From contig CAWHXD010000007.1 of NCBI GenBank assembly GCA_963833225.1, forward strand, positions 416,001 to 480,000: DNA of 64,000 bases, written 5' to 3'. The notes under the pieces were generated by a model, which was not told where the DNA came from, did not search any database, and saw only the letters and a program-made list of their open reading frames with translations. Shown one piece after another: positions 21,142 to 31,026 of the stretch (position 1 is its first letter; each line of letters opens with the position of its first letter). This DNA comes from an uncultured Chloroflexia bacterium. GTDB taxonomy: Bacteria; Chloroflexota; Limnocylindria; Limnocylindrales; CSP1-4. Made by a program: the position numbers and the translations under genes.

Positions 21142-22488
21142 ATGACCGCCGAGCACCCGCCGAACCCCCACTGGCGGCGCCATGTCGTGACGTTCATCGG
21201 CGGCCAGACGGTCAGCCTGTTCGGGTCGATGCTCGTCCAATACGCCGTGTTCTGGTACCTCGCGATCACCTTCCAGTCCGGGGTGATCATGACGCTGGCC
21301 GCCGTGTTCGGATTCCTGCCGCAGGCCGTGGTCTCGGTGTTCGCCGGCGTGTGGGCTGACCGCACCAACCGCAAGTGGCTGATCATCGCTGCCGATGCGG
21401 CGATCGCGCTCTCGACGCTCGGACTCGCCGCCATCATGCTCGCGGGCTACGCGGAAACCTGGGTGATCTTTCTGACCCTCGCGATCCGATCGATGGGTGC
21501 CGGCGTCCAGACGCCCGCGGTGTCAGCGCTCATCCCGCAGATCACTCCCACGGCCCAGCTGATGCGGGTCAACGGCATCCTCGGCTCGGTGCAGTCGGCG
21601 CTGGCTCTGCTCGCCCCGGCCGTCGCGGGCGCGATCTACGCCACGGCCACGGCGGCGACCGGCGGGTCGGCACGCGCCCTGCTCCCGGTCTTCGCGATCG
21701 ATATCGTCACCGCGGCGATCGGGATCGCCCTGCTCGCGACGATCCCCGTGGGCGCCGTGCGAACGGCTGCCGACGTGGCGACCGGCTACCTCGATGACCT
21801 CGTCGAGGGAGTGCGGTACGTCGCGATGCACGGCTTCGTGCGCTGGCTGCTGGTCGTCTACGCGATCGTGTTCGTGCTCGCCGTCGCTCCGTCGAACCTC
21901 ACCCCGCTGATGGTGGTCCGTACGTTTCCGTCGGGCGAGCAGGGGGACGTGGTCAACCTGGCCATCCTCGAGATGGTGTTCAGCGTCGGCATGGTGGCGG
22001 GCGGGATCCTGGTGGCGATGCTGGCCTCTGGCTGGAACCGCATCACATTGATCGCCGGGTCGTCGCTGGCCTTCGGGGCGCTGTCGATCGTGCTGGGGCT
22101 TGCGCCGAACCTCTGGGTCTTCTTCGCGATCATGCTGCTGGTCGGGGTCACGGTCCCGTTCTTCTCGACGCCGTCGATGACCCTGCTCCAGGAGACCGTC
22201 GAGCCGGAACGCCAGGGCCGGGTGTTCGGCTTCGTCGGCATCGTCATGGCACTCGCGATGCCGGGCGGGATGCTGGTGTTCGGGCCGCTGGCAGACGCGG
22301 TTCGCATCGAGGCGATCCTCGTGGGCTCGGGCATCCTGACGTTCGTGGTCATCGGGCTCGCTCTCGGGCTGCCTGCCGGACGGCGTGCCGTGGCTGCTGC
22401 CAACGCCGCGTCCGCCGCAGCCGTGGCGGCCGCAGCCGGAAAGGCGGACGCGGCGCCCGATTCCGAACCACCCCGCCCTGGGTCCTGA
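21142..22488 (+). CDS. MFS transporter (DHA3/Mef-like)
   Basis: GQTVSLFGSMLVQYA, GVWADRTNRK, QGRVFG. Confidence 0.9.
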   Translation: MTAEHPPNPHWRRHVVTFIGGQTVSLFGSMLVQYAVFWYLAITFQSGVIMTLAAVFGFLPQAVVSVFAGVWADRTNRKWLIIAADAAIALSTLGLAAIMLAGYAETWVIFLTLAIRSMGAGVQTPAVSALIPQITPTAQLMRVNGILGSVQSALALLAPAVAGAIYATATAATGGSARALLPVFAIDIVTAAIGIALLATIPVGAVRTAADVATGYLDDLVEGVRYVAMHGFVRWLLVVYAIVFVLAVAPSNLTPLMVVRTFPSGEQGDVVNLAILEMVFSVGMVAGGILVAMLASGWNRITLIAGSSLAFGALSIVLGLAPNLWVFFAIMLLVGVTVPFFSTPSMTLLQETVEPERQGRVFGFVGIVMALAMPGGMLVFGPLADAVRIEAILVGSGILTFVVIGLALGLPAGRRAVAAANAASAAAVAAAAGKADAAPDSEPPRPGS

Positions 22489-22654
22489 TCGCGACCTGGA
22501 TCAGATTCCCCGCTCCTACGCGGGGGTTGTCGGCAAAACCCGGGGTTCGAGTACGCACCGTGCGTGGACGGATCGATCCTGATCCAGCGCCCGATCACGG
22601 TCCGGGAACGCCAGGCCCCGTGGGGGCCTCCCGCACCGCAGGTACGATCGCTCC

Positions 22655-23386
22655 GTGCCCATCACGGATCCCGCGGCCGCGGCTCGCGCGGCAAGCGACC
22701 TGCCCGCCCTCGACGCGACCATCTCCGACTGCTTCGCCTGCCGGCGGCTGGTCGCCTGGCGCGAGGAGCAGGCGCGGGTCAAGGTCGCCCGCTTCCGCAA
22801 TGAGCCGTACTGGGGCCGGCCGATCCCGGGCTACGGCGACCCGCGGGCGCGGATGCTGCTGGTGGGCCTGGCACCGGCCGCCCACGGAGGGAATCGCACC
22901 GGGCGCGTGTTCACCGGTGATGCGTCGGGGGACTTCCTGTGGCGTGCGCTCCACGCGGTCGGGCTCGCGGACCGACCGGTCAGCCGGCGCGCGGACGACG
23001 GTCTCGAGCTTCGCGGCGTCCGTGTCGCCGCCGCCGTCCGTTGCGCCCCACCGGCCAACCGGCCCACGCCCACCGAGCAGGCCACCTGTCGCCCGTACCT
23101 CGTTCGCGAGATCGCGCTGCTCGATCAGCTGCGGGTCATCGTTCCCCTCGGCGCGATCGGCTGGGATGCGACGCTGCGATCGCTCGCCGAGCAAGGGCTC
23201 GCCGTGCCCACCCCCAAGCCGCGGTTCACCCACGGGGCGGAGACGGTCATCGGCCCCTACACGCTCGTCGGCACCTACCACCCGAGCCAGCAGAACACCT
23301 TCACGGGCCGCCTGACGCCCCCGATGATGGAAGGGGTGCTCACGCGCGCGGCCACGTTCGCCGGGCTCGCGCCGCTCCATCCCTGA
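22655..23386 (+). CDS. Uracil-DNA glycosylase, family 5 (UdgB-like)
   Basis: CxxC, GLAPAAHGGNRTGRVFTGD, YHPSQQNTFTG. Confidence 0.92.
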   Translation: MPITDPAAAARAASDLPALDATISDCFACRRLVAWREEQARVKVARFRNEPYWGRPIPGYGDPRARMLLVGLAPAAHGGNRTGRVFTGDASGDFLWRALHAVGLADRPVSRRADDGLELRGVRVAAAVRCAPPANRPTPTEQATCRPYLVREIALLDQLRVIVPLGAIGWDATLRSLAEQGLAVPTPKPRFTHGAETVIGPYTLVGTYHPSQQNTFTGRLTPPMMEGVLTRAATFAGLAPLHP

Positions 23387-23408
23387 ATGGGATGACGGAG
23401 CGCCCGAG

Positions 23409-23439
23409 TGCTATCCTTACATCAACGAGAATGTAAGGA
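23409..23439 (+). promoter_or_regulatory. Extended -10 promoter and inverted-repeat operator of the TA pair
   Basis: TGcTATCCT overlapping TCCTTACAT-N8-ATGTAAGGA. Confidence 0.7.
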
Positions 23440-23441
23440 GG

Positions 23442-23696
23442 ATGACCATGGAAGTCTCGGCGCGGCTCAGCTCCAAGGGCCAGGTCACCGTGCCCCGCGC
23501 GGTCCGCGAGGCGCTGTCGCTCGAGGAGGGGGATCGGCTCGTGTTCCGGGTCGAGGGGGATCATGCCGTCCTTGCGCGGACGCCGGATCTCCTCGCCCTT
23601 GCGGGCTCGGTGAGCGTGCCGGCCGCGAAGCGCGGCACGGCTTGGGCGGAGGTTCTGGGCCAGACGCGGCGGGCGCGGGCGGTCAACCGACGGTGA
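23442..23696 (+). CDS. AbrB/MazE-type antitoxin
   Basis: LSSKGQVTVPRAVREALSLEEGDRLVF. Confidence 0.92.
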   Translation: MTMEVSARLSSKGQVTVPRAVREALSLEEGDRLVFRVEGDHAVLARTPDLLALAGSVSVPAAKRGTAWAEVLGQTRRARAVNRR

Positions 23697-24088
23697 CGGC
23701 GTTCGTCGACACCAACATTCTTGTCCGCCACCTCACGGGCGATCCGCCCGAGCAGGCGGCGCGGGCAACCCGCTACCTGGCGGAGGCCGATGAGCTGTTG
23801 CTGCCCGATCTGATCTTCGCGGAAGTCGCCTACGTCTTGGGATCGTTCTACGAGGCGCCACGGGCCCAGGTCGCGACCGCGCTCCGGTCTGTGTTGGCCT
23901 TCCCCGCCATCCGGGTGCTGGACGCGGACCTGCTCCAGCGGACCGTCGAGGTCTACGAGGTCCACCGGCTCGACTTCGCCGACGCCTACCTGGTCGCGAG
24001 CGCGGAGCGGACCGGGGTCGGCGCAGTCGCCTCCTTCGACCGGAGCATCGACCGGGTCACCACGATCCGCCGCGAGGAGCCCGCCTGA
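23693..24088 (+). CDS. PIN-domain (VapC) toxin
   Basis: FVDTNILVR, LDFADAYL, VASFD; GTGA overlap. Confidence 0.9.
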   Translation: MTAFVDTNILVRHLTGDPPEQAARATRYLAEADELLLPDLIFAEVAYVLGSFYEAPRAQVATALRSVLAFPAIRVLDADLLQRTVEVYEVHRLDFADAYLVASAERTGVGAVASFDRSIDRVTTIRREEPA

Positions 24089-24163
24089 GCGAGCCGGACG
24101 AGCCGCCCGGCCGCCCGGTCGAGGCGGGGTAGGCGCCATAGCCGATAGACTCACGCTCGCCCC

Positions 24164-25279
24164 ATGACCGCTGAACGCGACTTCTACGAGATCCTGAACG
24201 TCGAGCGCTCCGCCTCCGACGCCGAGATCAAGCGCGCCTTCCGCAAGCTCGCCCAGCAGTGGCACCCCGACGTGAACGCCGACGGCGAGGCGCAGCAGCG
24301 GTTCAAGGAGATCAACGAGGCCTACCAGGTCCTGTCGGACCCGCAGCGCCGCCAGAGCTACGACATGTTCGGGCGGGCCGGCGTCAGCGGTGGGGGCGGC
24401 GCCGATCCATTCGCGGGCGCAGCGGGGTTCGGCGGCTTCTCGGACATCTTCGATGCGGTGTTCGGGGGCGGGATGGCGGGCGCCGCAAGGCGGGCCAGGC
24501 CGGCCCAGGGCTCCGACCTTCGCTACGACCTCCGGATCTCGTTCGAGGAGGCGGTCCTCGGCGCCGAGAAGGAGCTCGAGTTCCCGGTCCTCGGCCGGTG
24601 CGACACCTGCGGCGGCTCCGGCGCGCAGGAGGGCTCCACGCCCACGGAGTGCCCGCAGTGCAAGGGTCGCGGCGAGATCCGGTCGATCCGCCAGACGATG
24701 CTGGGCCAGATGGTGAACGTGACGGCGTGCCCGCGCTGCCGGGGCGAGGGCAAGATCGTGGACAACCCGTGCGAGACCTGCCGGGGCGAGGGCCGCACGG
24801 AGCGCCGCCGCAGCCTGCGCGTGACGATCCCGGCGGGGATCGACGAGGGCCACCAGATCCGCCTGACCAACGAGGGCGAGGCCGGGCCGCGTGGCGGACC
24901 CGCGGGCAGCCTGTATGTCGCGGTCCACGTGGCGGCGCACCCGTCGCTCACCCGCGAGGGGACCGAGCTCTACTACGAGGCGGACCTCTCGATCGCGCAG
25001 GCGGCGCTGGGCACCCGGATCCCCGTTCCCGTGGTCGACGGCGAGGACGCCGAGGTCGAGATCAAGCCCGGCACGCAGCCGGGGACGGAGATCCGCCTGC
25101 GGGGGCGCGGCGTGCCCCACCTTCGCCGCCAGTCGGTCCGCGGCGACCTCCACGTCATCGCCAACGTCGTGGTGCCCTCCAAGCTGTCGAAGAAGCAGCG
25201 CGAGCTGCTCGAGGCATACGCGAAGGAGGCGGGCGAGACGGTGTCGGGGCCCGGGCTGCGCGAGAAGCTGGGCCTGTAG
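24164..25279 (+). CDS. dnaJ: Chaperone DnaJ
   Basis: J-domain HPD and four CxxCxGxG repeats. Confidence 0.97.
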   Translation: MTAERDFYEILNVERSASDAEIKRAFRKLAQQWHPDVNADGEAQQRFKEINEAYQVLSDPQRRQSYDMFGRAGVSGGGGADPFAGAAGFGGFSDIFDAVFGGGMAGAARRARPAQGSDLRYDLRISFEEAVLGAEKELEFPVLGRCDTCGGSGAQEGSTPTECPQCKGRGEIRSIRQTMLGQMVNVTACPRCRGEGKIVDNPCETCRGEGRTERRRSLRVTIPAGIDEGHQIRLTNEGEAGPRGGPAGSLYVAVHVAAHPSLTREGTELYYEADLSIAQAALGTRIPVPVVDGEDAEVEIKPGTQPGTEIRLRGRGVPHLRRQSVRGDLHVIANVVVPSKLSKKQRELLEAYAKEAGETVSGPGLREKLGL

Positions 25280-26316
25280 TGCGCGAGGGCGCAGGCGGCG
25301 CCGGGCCACTCGGTGCTGGCGCGGACCCGCTTGACGGCCTGGATATGGCCGCGGCCGCGGCCATGCCGGGTGCCTGGCTCGAACTCTCGGTTGCCGCTGA
25401 TCACGAGGCGGTCGAGGCCGTCTCGGAGATCCTGTCACGGGCCGCACCCGGCGGGACCAGCGTGGAGCCGGCGTTCGAGCTGGTGGAGGAGGGGCTCGCG
25501 GCCCGCGTGGACCTCGCCCGCCCGGCGCTGGTGCGCGCCCACCTGCCGCTGCTCGACATCGCCGCCGTCCGCAGTGCCGTCGCGCGGGCCGAGCGGGAGC
25601 TCGGCCACCTGCAGGCGTTCGGGTTGCGACCGATCGGCGACCTGACCGCCACGATCATCCACGAGGCCGACTGGGCGAACGCCTGGAAGGCGCACTTCCC
25701 CGTGCTCCGGATCGGGCGCCGGATCGTGATCCGGCCGACCTGGCGACGGCATCGCCGGCAGCCCGGCGACGTCGTCCTCGCCCTCGATCCCGGGATGGCG
25801 TTCGGGACGGGCCTGCATCCCACGACGCGTCTCTGCCTTGCGGCTCTCGAGGAGCTCGGGGATCGTGGCCTGCTCACGCGCGGTGCGGCGGACGACGGGC
25901 CGGCTCGCGTGCTGGACGTGGGCTCCGGGTCGGGGATCCTGTCCATCGCCGCGGCGAAGCTGGGCGCGGGCTCCGTGCTGGCGGTCGACGTCGACCCGAT
26001 CGCGGTGCAGGCATCCACCTCGAACGCCCGCCGCAACCGGCTCGCCCGCGTGATCCGCGCCCGCGAGGGAAGCGCCCCGTCCGGCGACGGCCGCCCGTTC
26101 GACGTCGTCCTCGCCAACCTCATCGCGTCGCTGCTCATCACCCTGGCCGACGGGCTCGTGACCGACCTGCGCCCCGGCGGCGTGCTGATCGCGTCGGGGA
26201 TCTTCGCCAACCGCGAGGCGGACGTCGTGGCCGCGTTCGAGGCCCGGGGTCTCGTGATCGACCGACGATGGTACGAGGGAGACTGGGTGGCGCTGGAGGC
26301 CCACCGGCCGGCGTGA
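25279..26316 (+). CDS. prmA: Ribosomal protein L11 methyltransferase
   Basis: LDPGMAFGTGLHPTT, VLDVGSGSGILSI; follows dnaJ; start uncertain. Confidence 0.92.
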   Translation: MREGAGGAGPLGAGADPLDGLDMAAAAAMPGAWLELSVAADHEAVEAVSEILSRAAPGGTSVEPAFELVEEGLAARVDLARPALVRAHLPLLDIAAVRSAVARAERELGHLQAFGLRPIGDLTATIIHEADWANAWKAHFPVLRIGRRIVIRPTWRRHRRQPGDVVLALDPGMAFGTGLHPTTRLCLAALEELGDRGLLTRGAADDGPARVLDVGSGSGILSIAAAKLGAGSVLAVDVDPIAVQASTSNARRNRLARVIRAREGSAPSGDGRPFDVVLANLIASLLITLADGLVTDLRPGGVLIASGIFANREADVVAAFEARGLVIDRRWYEGDWVALEAHRPA

Positions 26317-26392
26317 TCGACTCCCTGCGCTACGATCCGTCCACCCCCAGCCGGGCCCATCCCCGCGCCGAGCCGCCGCGAACCAGCAGCTG

Positions 26393-26881
26393 ATGCCTGA
26401 CCTGTCCAGCCTCTTCCCGCTCATCCTCGCGACGCACATCACGCTCGCGATCGCGCTGTTCGTGCCGAGCCTCCTGCTGCCCTTCACGCTCCGGAACCGG
26501 CTGGTCAACCCCGGCTACCAGGTGCCGGATCCCGGACGGTTCGTCCACGCCCTGTTGTGGATCCAGGCGCACGGGACCATCGTGATCGGGGCCGGGCTGG
26601 CGCTCACCGGCGGCGCGATGATCACGGTGCTCGGCCCGCGGATGCTCGAGCAGCCGTGGCTCCTGGTGGCGCTCGCCACCTACGGGATCACCGCCGTGGT
26701 CGCCTTCGCCGTCCAACGGCCCACGCTTCGACGCCTCGTCCGCCGGGACCAGATCGAGACCGACCAGGACCGAGACGCGTGGCGGGCGAATGCGCGCCGC
26801 CAGCGCTACGTCGCGTACGGGATCACGACCGCGGTCGGCCTGATCGCCTTCCTGATGTCCACCAAGCCGGCGCTGTGGTGA
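26393..26881 (+). CDS. Four-TM membrane protein (DUF2269-like)
   Basis: Hydrophobic helices with a C-terminal FLMSTKP. Confidence 0.7.
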   Translation: MPDLSSLFPLILATHITLAIALFVPSLLLPFTLRNRLVNPGYQVPDPGRFVHALLWIQAHGTIVIGAGLALTGGAMITVLGPRMLEQPWLLVALATYGITAVVAFAVQRPTLRRLVRRDQIETDQDRDAWRANARRQRYVAYGITTAVGLIAFLMSTKPALW

Positions 26882-28401
26882 GCCCGGAGCCCGTCGGCCG
26901 TCACGAGCGGGCCGCGCAACCCACCGTGGAGCCCGCTCGTCCCCGCTCGGCCGCGATCGTCAACCTCGGCTGCAAGGTCAACCAGTCCGAGATGGAGGCG
27001 GCCGCCCGCCTGCTGCGCGAGGCCGGTATTCCGCTCGTTCATCCGGGGCGCGCCGCGGACCTCGTCCTCGTCAACACCTGCACGGTGACCGCCACCGCCG
27101 ACGAGAAGTCACGCTCGGCCGTCCGCCGTGCCCGGCGGGCGAACCCCGGGGCGCAGGTCGTCGTGACCGGCTGCTCGGTCCAGGTGGACCCGGGGATGTT
27201 CGCCTCGGTCGACGCCGGAGCGCGCCTGGTTCCCAACGAGGACAAGGCCGCGTTCCTGGCGGAGCTGGAAGTGCTGCTGCAGGTCGACGACCAGGGCGAT
27301 TCCGCCCACGACCCTCATGCGCCGCTCGACGCTGCCCTGCCAACCCTGTCGGGGGTGGAGGCCGTGGCCGCCGCGGCCCTCGACGGGGCTGCGGACGACC
27401 GAGCGTCGGTCGAGCGGACCCGCGCCTTTGTCAAGGTCCAGGATGGCTGCTCGTTCCACTGCACCTACTGCATCATTCCCCGGGCCAGGGGGGCTGAGCG
27501 GAGCCTGGTGCCGGAGGTGGTCCTGGCTGACGTCCAGCGCGCGCTGGCCGCCGGCCACCGCGAGATCGTGCTGACAGGGATCAACATCGGCACCTACGAC
27601 GGGGGCTGGTCGGAGCGCGGCGCCCGCGGGTCGCACGTCGCGAGCGCCCTGACCCTTGCCGGGCTCGTCCGGAGGATCCTCGACGAGACGCCGGTCGAGC
27701 GGATCCGCCTCAGCTCAATCGAGCCCCAGCACGTGGACGACGAGCTGCTGCGCACCTGGGTTGACGGAGCGCCCCGAACCCTGCCGCACGTCCACCTCCC
27801 GCTGCAGAGTGGCGACGATGGCGTCCTGCGCCGCATGGGTCGCCGCTATACCGCCGACGAGTACGCCCGGATCGTGGAGCGGGTCCGCGGCGCGATCCCG
27901 GGGGTCGCGGTCCATGCCGATGTCATCGCGGGCTTCCCCACCGAGGACGACGACGCCTTCGCTCGCTCGCTGGCCTTCATCCGTGACCTGGATCTGGCCG
28001 GGCTCCACGTGTTCCGGTACAGCTCCCGGCCCGGGACCCCGGCGACGCGCATGGCCGGCCAGGTTCCCGAGCGCACGAAGAAGGGGCGTGCCGCGGAGCT
28101 CCTGGCGCTCGCGGCGGAGGCGCGGGCGACGTTTGCGCGTCGCACCCTCGGGACGACGACCGACGTGCTCGTGGAGCAGCGTCTCGCCGACGGTCGCTGG
28201 ACCGGTCACGCGGAGGACCACGTGCCCGTTGCCGTGGCGCTGCGTCCGGGCGATCCACCGGACCTCGAGAACGCGATCCTGACCGTGCGCCGGACCGGCA
28301 TCGACGGCGACCTCGCGGAGCGCGTCAGGGGGGAGATCCTGGAGATCGACCCCGCGCCACGGGAGCTTCGGGCGCCGCTCTCGCTGCTCGCGTTGCCGTA
28401 G
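26878..28401 (+). CDS. mtaB: tRNA methylthiotransferase, MtaB-like radical SAM
   Basis: LGCKVNQSE, NTCTVT, VQDGCSFHCTYCIIP; position after prmA. Confidence 0.85.
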   Translation: MSPEPVGRHERAAQPTVEPARPRSAAIVNLGCKVNQSEMEAAARLLREAGIPLVHPGRAADLVLVNTCTVTATADEKSRSAVRRARRANPGAQVVVTGCSVQVDPGMFASVDAGARLVPNEDKAAFLAELEVLLQVDDQGDSAHDPHAPLDAALPTLSGVEAVAAAALDGAADDRASVERTRAFVKVQDGCSFHCTYCIIPRARGAERSLVPEVVLADVQRALAAGHREIVLTGINIGTYDGGWSERGARGSHVASALTLAGLVRRILDETPVERIRLSSIEPQHVDDELLRTWVDGAPRTLPHVHLPLQSGDDGVLRRMGRRYTADEYARIVERVRGAIPGVAVHADVIAGFPTEDDDAFARSLAFIRDLDLAGLHVFRYSSRPGTPATRMAGQVPERTKKGRAAELLALAAEARATFARRTLGTTTDVLVEQRLADGRWTGHAEDHVPVAVALRPGDPPDLENAILTVRRTGIDGDLAERVRGEILEIDPAPRELRAPLSLLALP

Positions 28402-28404
28402 TCG

Positions 28405-28417
28405 AGGGTTCTCCCCA
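28405..28417 (+). promoter_or_regulatory. Candidate response-regulator box, copy 1
   Basis: AGGGTTCTCCCCA, identical to 30608-30620. Confidence 0.55.
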
Positions 28418-28433
28418 CTTTCGGGCTGGCACC

Positions 28434-29963
28434 ATGGGCATCACGATGCGATCCGTGAAGGTGGCCGTGCTTGCCTGGGTAGCGCTGGCGGTTTGCGTCC
28501 TGGCCACGTCGTACGCCCTGAGTGGCACGCTGGACCCTGGCATGTCCACCGATGACAGCCGGACCGTTGTCCTGGAGGTCCAGCCCGGTTACCTCGCCTG
28601 GGCGGCCGGGATTCGCCCGGGCCAGCGCGTCGTGGAGTCCCGCTATGGCGACGAGCCCGGCGGCTGGCGGATGGTCACCGAGGACGAGGCGGGGAGCCAT
28701 GCCCTCGGAGCGGTCCCCTACGAACCGTTGCTGCGGATCTCCGCCATCGCCTCGTTGGCTGGCGTTGCCTGTGCCCTGCTGGCGCTGGTCTTCGTGGGCC
28801 TCCGTCGCCGGCGGGCCGCGATGCTGGCCGTGCTGGCGTTCCCGCTCGCGGCCGTGCCGTACCTCATCCTGCGCTCGCCGGTGGACGGCGATGCGGTGGG
28901 GCTCGCGGCCGGCGTGCTTCCAGCCGCCTGGATCGCGTCCGAGGCGAGGCTGCGTCCCCGGTCATTGCGCCTGTTGCTCGTTGCGTTGGTCGGCGCCATC
29001 GGGCTCGCGAACCTGGTCGGCGTCGCGGCCGGCGTCGGGGTCGCGCCGGCGTTGGGCATCGGCGGCTACCCCCTGGGCCTCGTGTGGCCCGGTGTCATCG
29101 TCGGACTGGCCGGTTTGACCCTGGCGGTCGGGAGTGGCGTCACCGCCACCCGGGTCGGAGCGAGCATGCGCGGCCTCCGACCGCTTGATGGGGCCGTCCT
29201 CGGGGCGTTGATCGCCGTCGGCCTTCTCGTTTGGAGCCTGGGCCTCGCGGACTGGATCACCCTGGTCTTCGCGCTCATCGCGCTCCTGGGCTACGCCCTC
29301 TCCCGGGGGACCGTGACACGCGCGCTGGACCGGGTCCTGCTCGCCGAGCTCCGCGAGCGCGAGGCGCTCCAGGCGACCGAGGTCGAGCGAGCGAGGATCT
29401 CTCGCGAGATCCACGACGATTCGCTCCAGGCGCTCGCGGGGGTGATCCAGCAGCTGGAGGAGCCGGCCGCCGACGCCGCCGCGGCTCGTGACGCCCTCCG
29501 AACGGTTGCCGAGCGCCTCCGCAGCGTGGCCACCGAAATGCATCCGCCAGTCCTCGATGACCTTGGGCTGGTCCCGGCGATCGAGGCGGCCGCCAATGCG
29601 GTGACGAGTCCGCCGGTTGGCGTCGCCATCGAGAACCACTCGGGCTACACGCGCGCGGAGCGCCCGCCGCAGCATGTCGAGCTCGCCGCCTACCGGATCG
29701 TCGCCGAGGCGATCGCCAACGCGGTGCGGCACGCCGAGGCCCAGCACATCACCGTGAGCGGTGAAGTCGACAGGAGCCGGGTCTGGATCGAGGTGCGCGA
29801 CGACGGCGTCGGGATCACCGACGAGCGGGTTGAGACCGCGCTCCGTTCCGGTCGCCTGGGTCTGGCGTCGATGCGGCGCCGCGCCGACTCCATCGACGCC
29901 ACGTTCGAGGCGGTCTCCATCGCCGCCGGAGGCACTCGTGTGAGCGTCGCATGGACGGCCTGA
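28434..29963 (+). CDS. Multi-TM sensor histidine kinase (HisKA_3 type) with PDZ-like loop
   Basis: ERARISREIHDDSLQ, EAIANAVRHA, DDGVGI; VLEVQPGYLAWAAGIRPGQRVV. Confidence 0.9.
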   Translation: MGITMRSVKVAVLAWVALAVCVLATSYALSGTLDPGMSTDDSRTVVLEVQPGYLAWAAGIRPGQRVVESRYGDEPGGWRMVTEDEAGSHALGAVPYEPLLRISAIASLAGVACALLALVFVGLRRRRAAMLAVLAFPLAAVPYLILRSPVDGDAVGLAAGVLPAAWIASEARLRPRSLRLLLVALVGAIGLANLVGVAAGVGVAPALGIGGYPLGLVWPGVIVGLAGLTLAVGSGVTATRVGASMRGLRPLDGAVLGALIAVGLLVWSLGLADWITLVFALIALLGYALSRGTVTRALDRVLLAELREREALQATEVERARISREIHDDSLQALAGVIQQLEEPAADAAAARDALRTVAERLRSVATEMHPPVLDDLGLVPAIEAAANAVTSPPVGVAIENHSGYTRAERPPQHVELAAYRIVAEAIANAVRHAEAQHITVSGEVDRSRVWIEVRDDGVGITDERVETALRSGRLGLASMRRRADSIDATFEAVSIAAGGTRVSVAWTA

Positions 29964-30583
29964 CGACCATCCGCCTGGTCATCGTGGAGGACCATCCCAT
30001 CGTCGTCGATGGCCTGCTCTCCGCGTTCCGAGACCGCCCTGAGGTCGAGGTCGTCGGCCGCGCCGCGACAGTCGTCGACGCGCGGTCGGTCCTGGCGTCA
30101 ACGCCGTGCGATGTCGTGCTGCTTGACCTCCGCCTGCCGGACGGCTCGGGGATCGACCTCCTGAGCGAGGCGCATGGCAAGGGCGGGCCGGCCTACCTCG
30201 TGCTCTCAAGCTTCCTGACCACCCAGTACGTCTCCGCGTCGATCGCCCTTGGAGCGGGTGGGTTCCTGCTCAAGACCTCGCCCACCGACGCGATCCTTGG
30301 GGCGATCACCGAGATCGCCGCCGGCGGACTCGCGTTCACCGACGAGCAGCTTCGCGCGAGCAGGACGGCGTCCTGGGCACCGCTCACGTCTCGCGAGCAT
30401 GACGTCCTCATCGGGGTCGTGGACGGCCGCTCGAACGATGAGCTCGCTGGTGACCTGCGGCTGTCCCGCAAGACGATCGAGGCCCACGTCGCACGCCTGT
30501 TCGCCCGTTTCGGTGTGTCCAGCCGCACGGAGCTCGCGGTCCTCGCTGAGCGCGGCCAGATCCTGGACCTGCCCCACCGGTAG
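29951..30583 (+). CDS. NarL/LuxR response regulator
   Basis: VEDHPIV, LLDLRLPDGSG, LTSREHDVL...TIEAHV. Confidence 0.93.
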   Translation: MDGLTTIRLVIVEDHPIVVDGLLSAFRDRPEVEVVGRAATVVDARSVLASTPCDVVLLDLRLPDGSGIDLLSEAHGKGGPAYLVLSSFLTTQYVSASIALGAGGFLLKTSPTDAILGAITEIAAGGLAFTDEQLRASRTASWAPLTSREHDVLIGVVDGRSNDELAGDLRLSRKTIEAHVARLFARFGVSSRTELAVLAERGQILDLPHR

Positions 30584-30607
30584 GGAGGCGCGGCGGGCCC
30601 GGGGGCT

Positions 30608-30650
30608 AGGGTTCTCCCCAATGGTCACGCGTGTCGCCCGTTGATACGTT
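30608..30650 (+). promoter_or_regulatory. Candidate response-regulator box copy 2 plus extended -10
   Basis: AGGGTTCTCCCCA followed by TGaTACGTT at 30642-30650. Confidence 0.55.
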
Positions 30651-31026
30651 GCGGGTGCGCTGGGGGGCCGCCGAAGGAGCATGCTGCGTGAGGCAGGGGG
30701 GGGCCGAGCGCGGCATGCTCTCATCGCAGCTCTGGCTCGTACGGCGACGCTGGGGTGCCCGATCGTGGATCACGGCCGACACGCGTCGGCGTGGCAATCG
30801 TCGGGACCTCGGGCCGACCACGTGTCGACGTGGATGGGTTCGTCGTTCTTCGCTGATGGGGGAACGCGGACGCGAACCCGGTGCTTCCCGTACCCTCCCT
30901 CGCATCGGTGATGACGGGGTCCGGCCGGGGCGATGGTCGCCGGTCTGGCTGTCGGCGTGGGCGGTGCGCCCGCTCGGGACGGAGACGAGGTGGAGTTCGT
31001 GTGCGGTAGAGCCCTGAGATGGCCGT

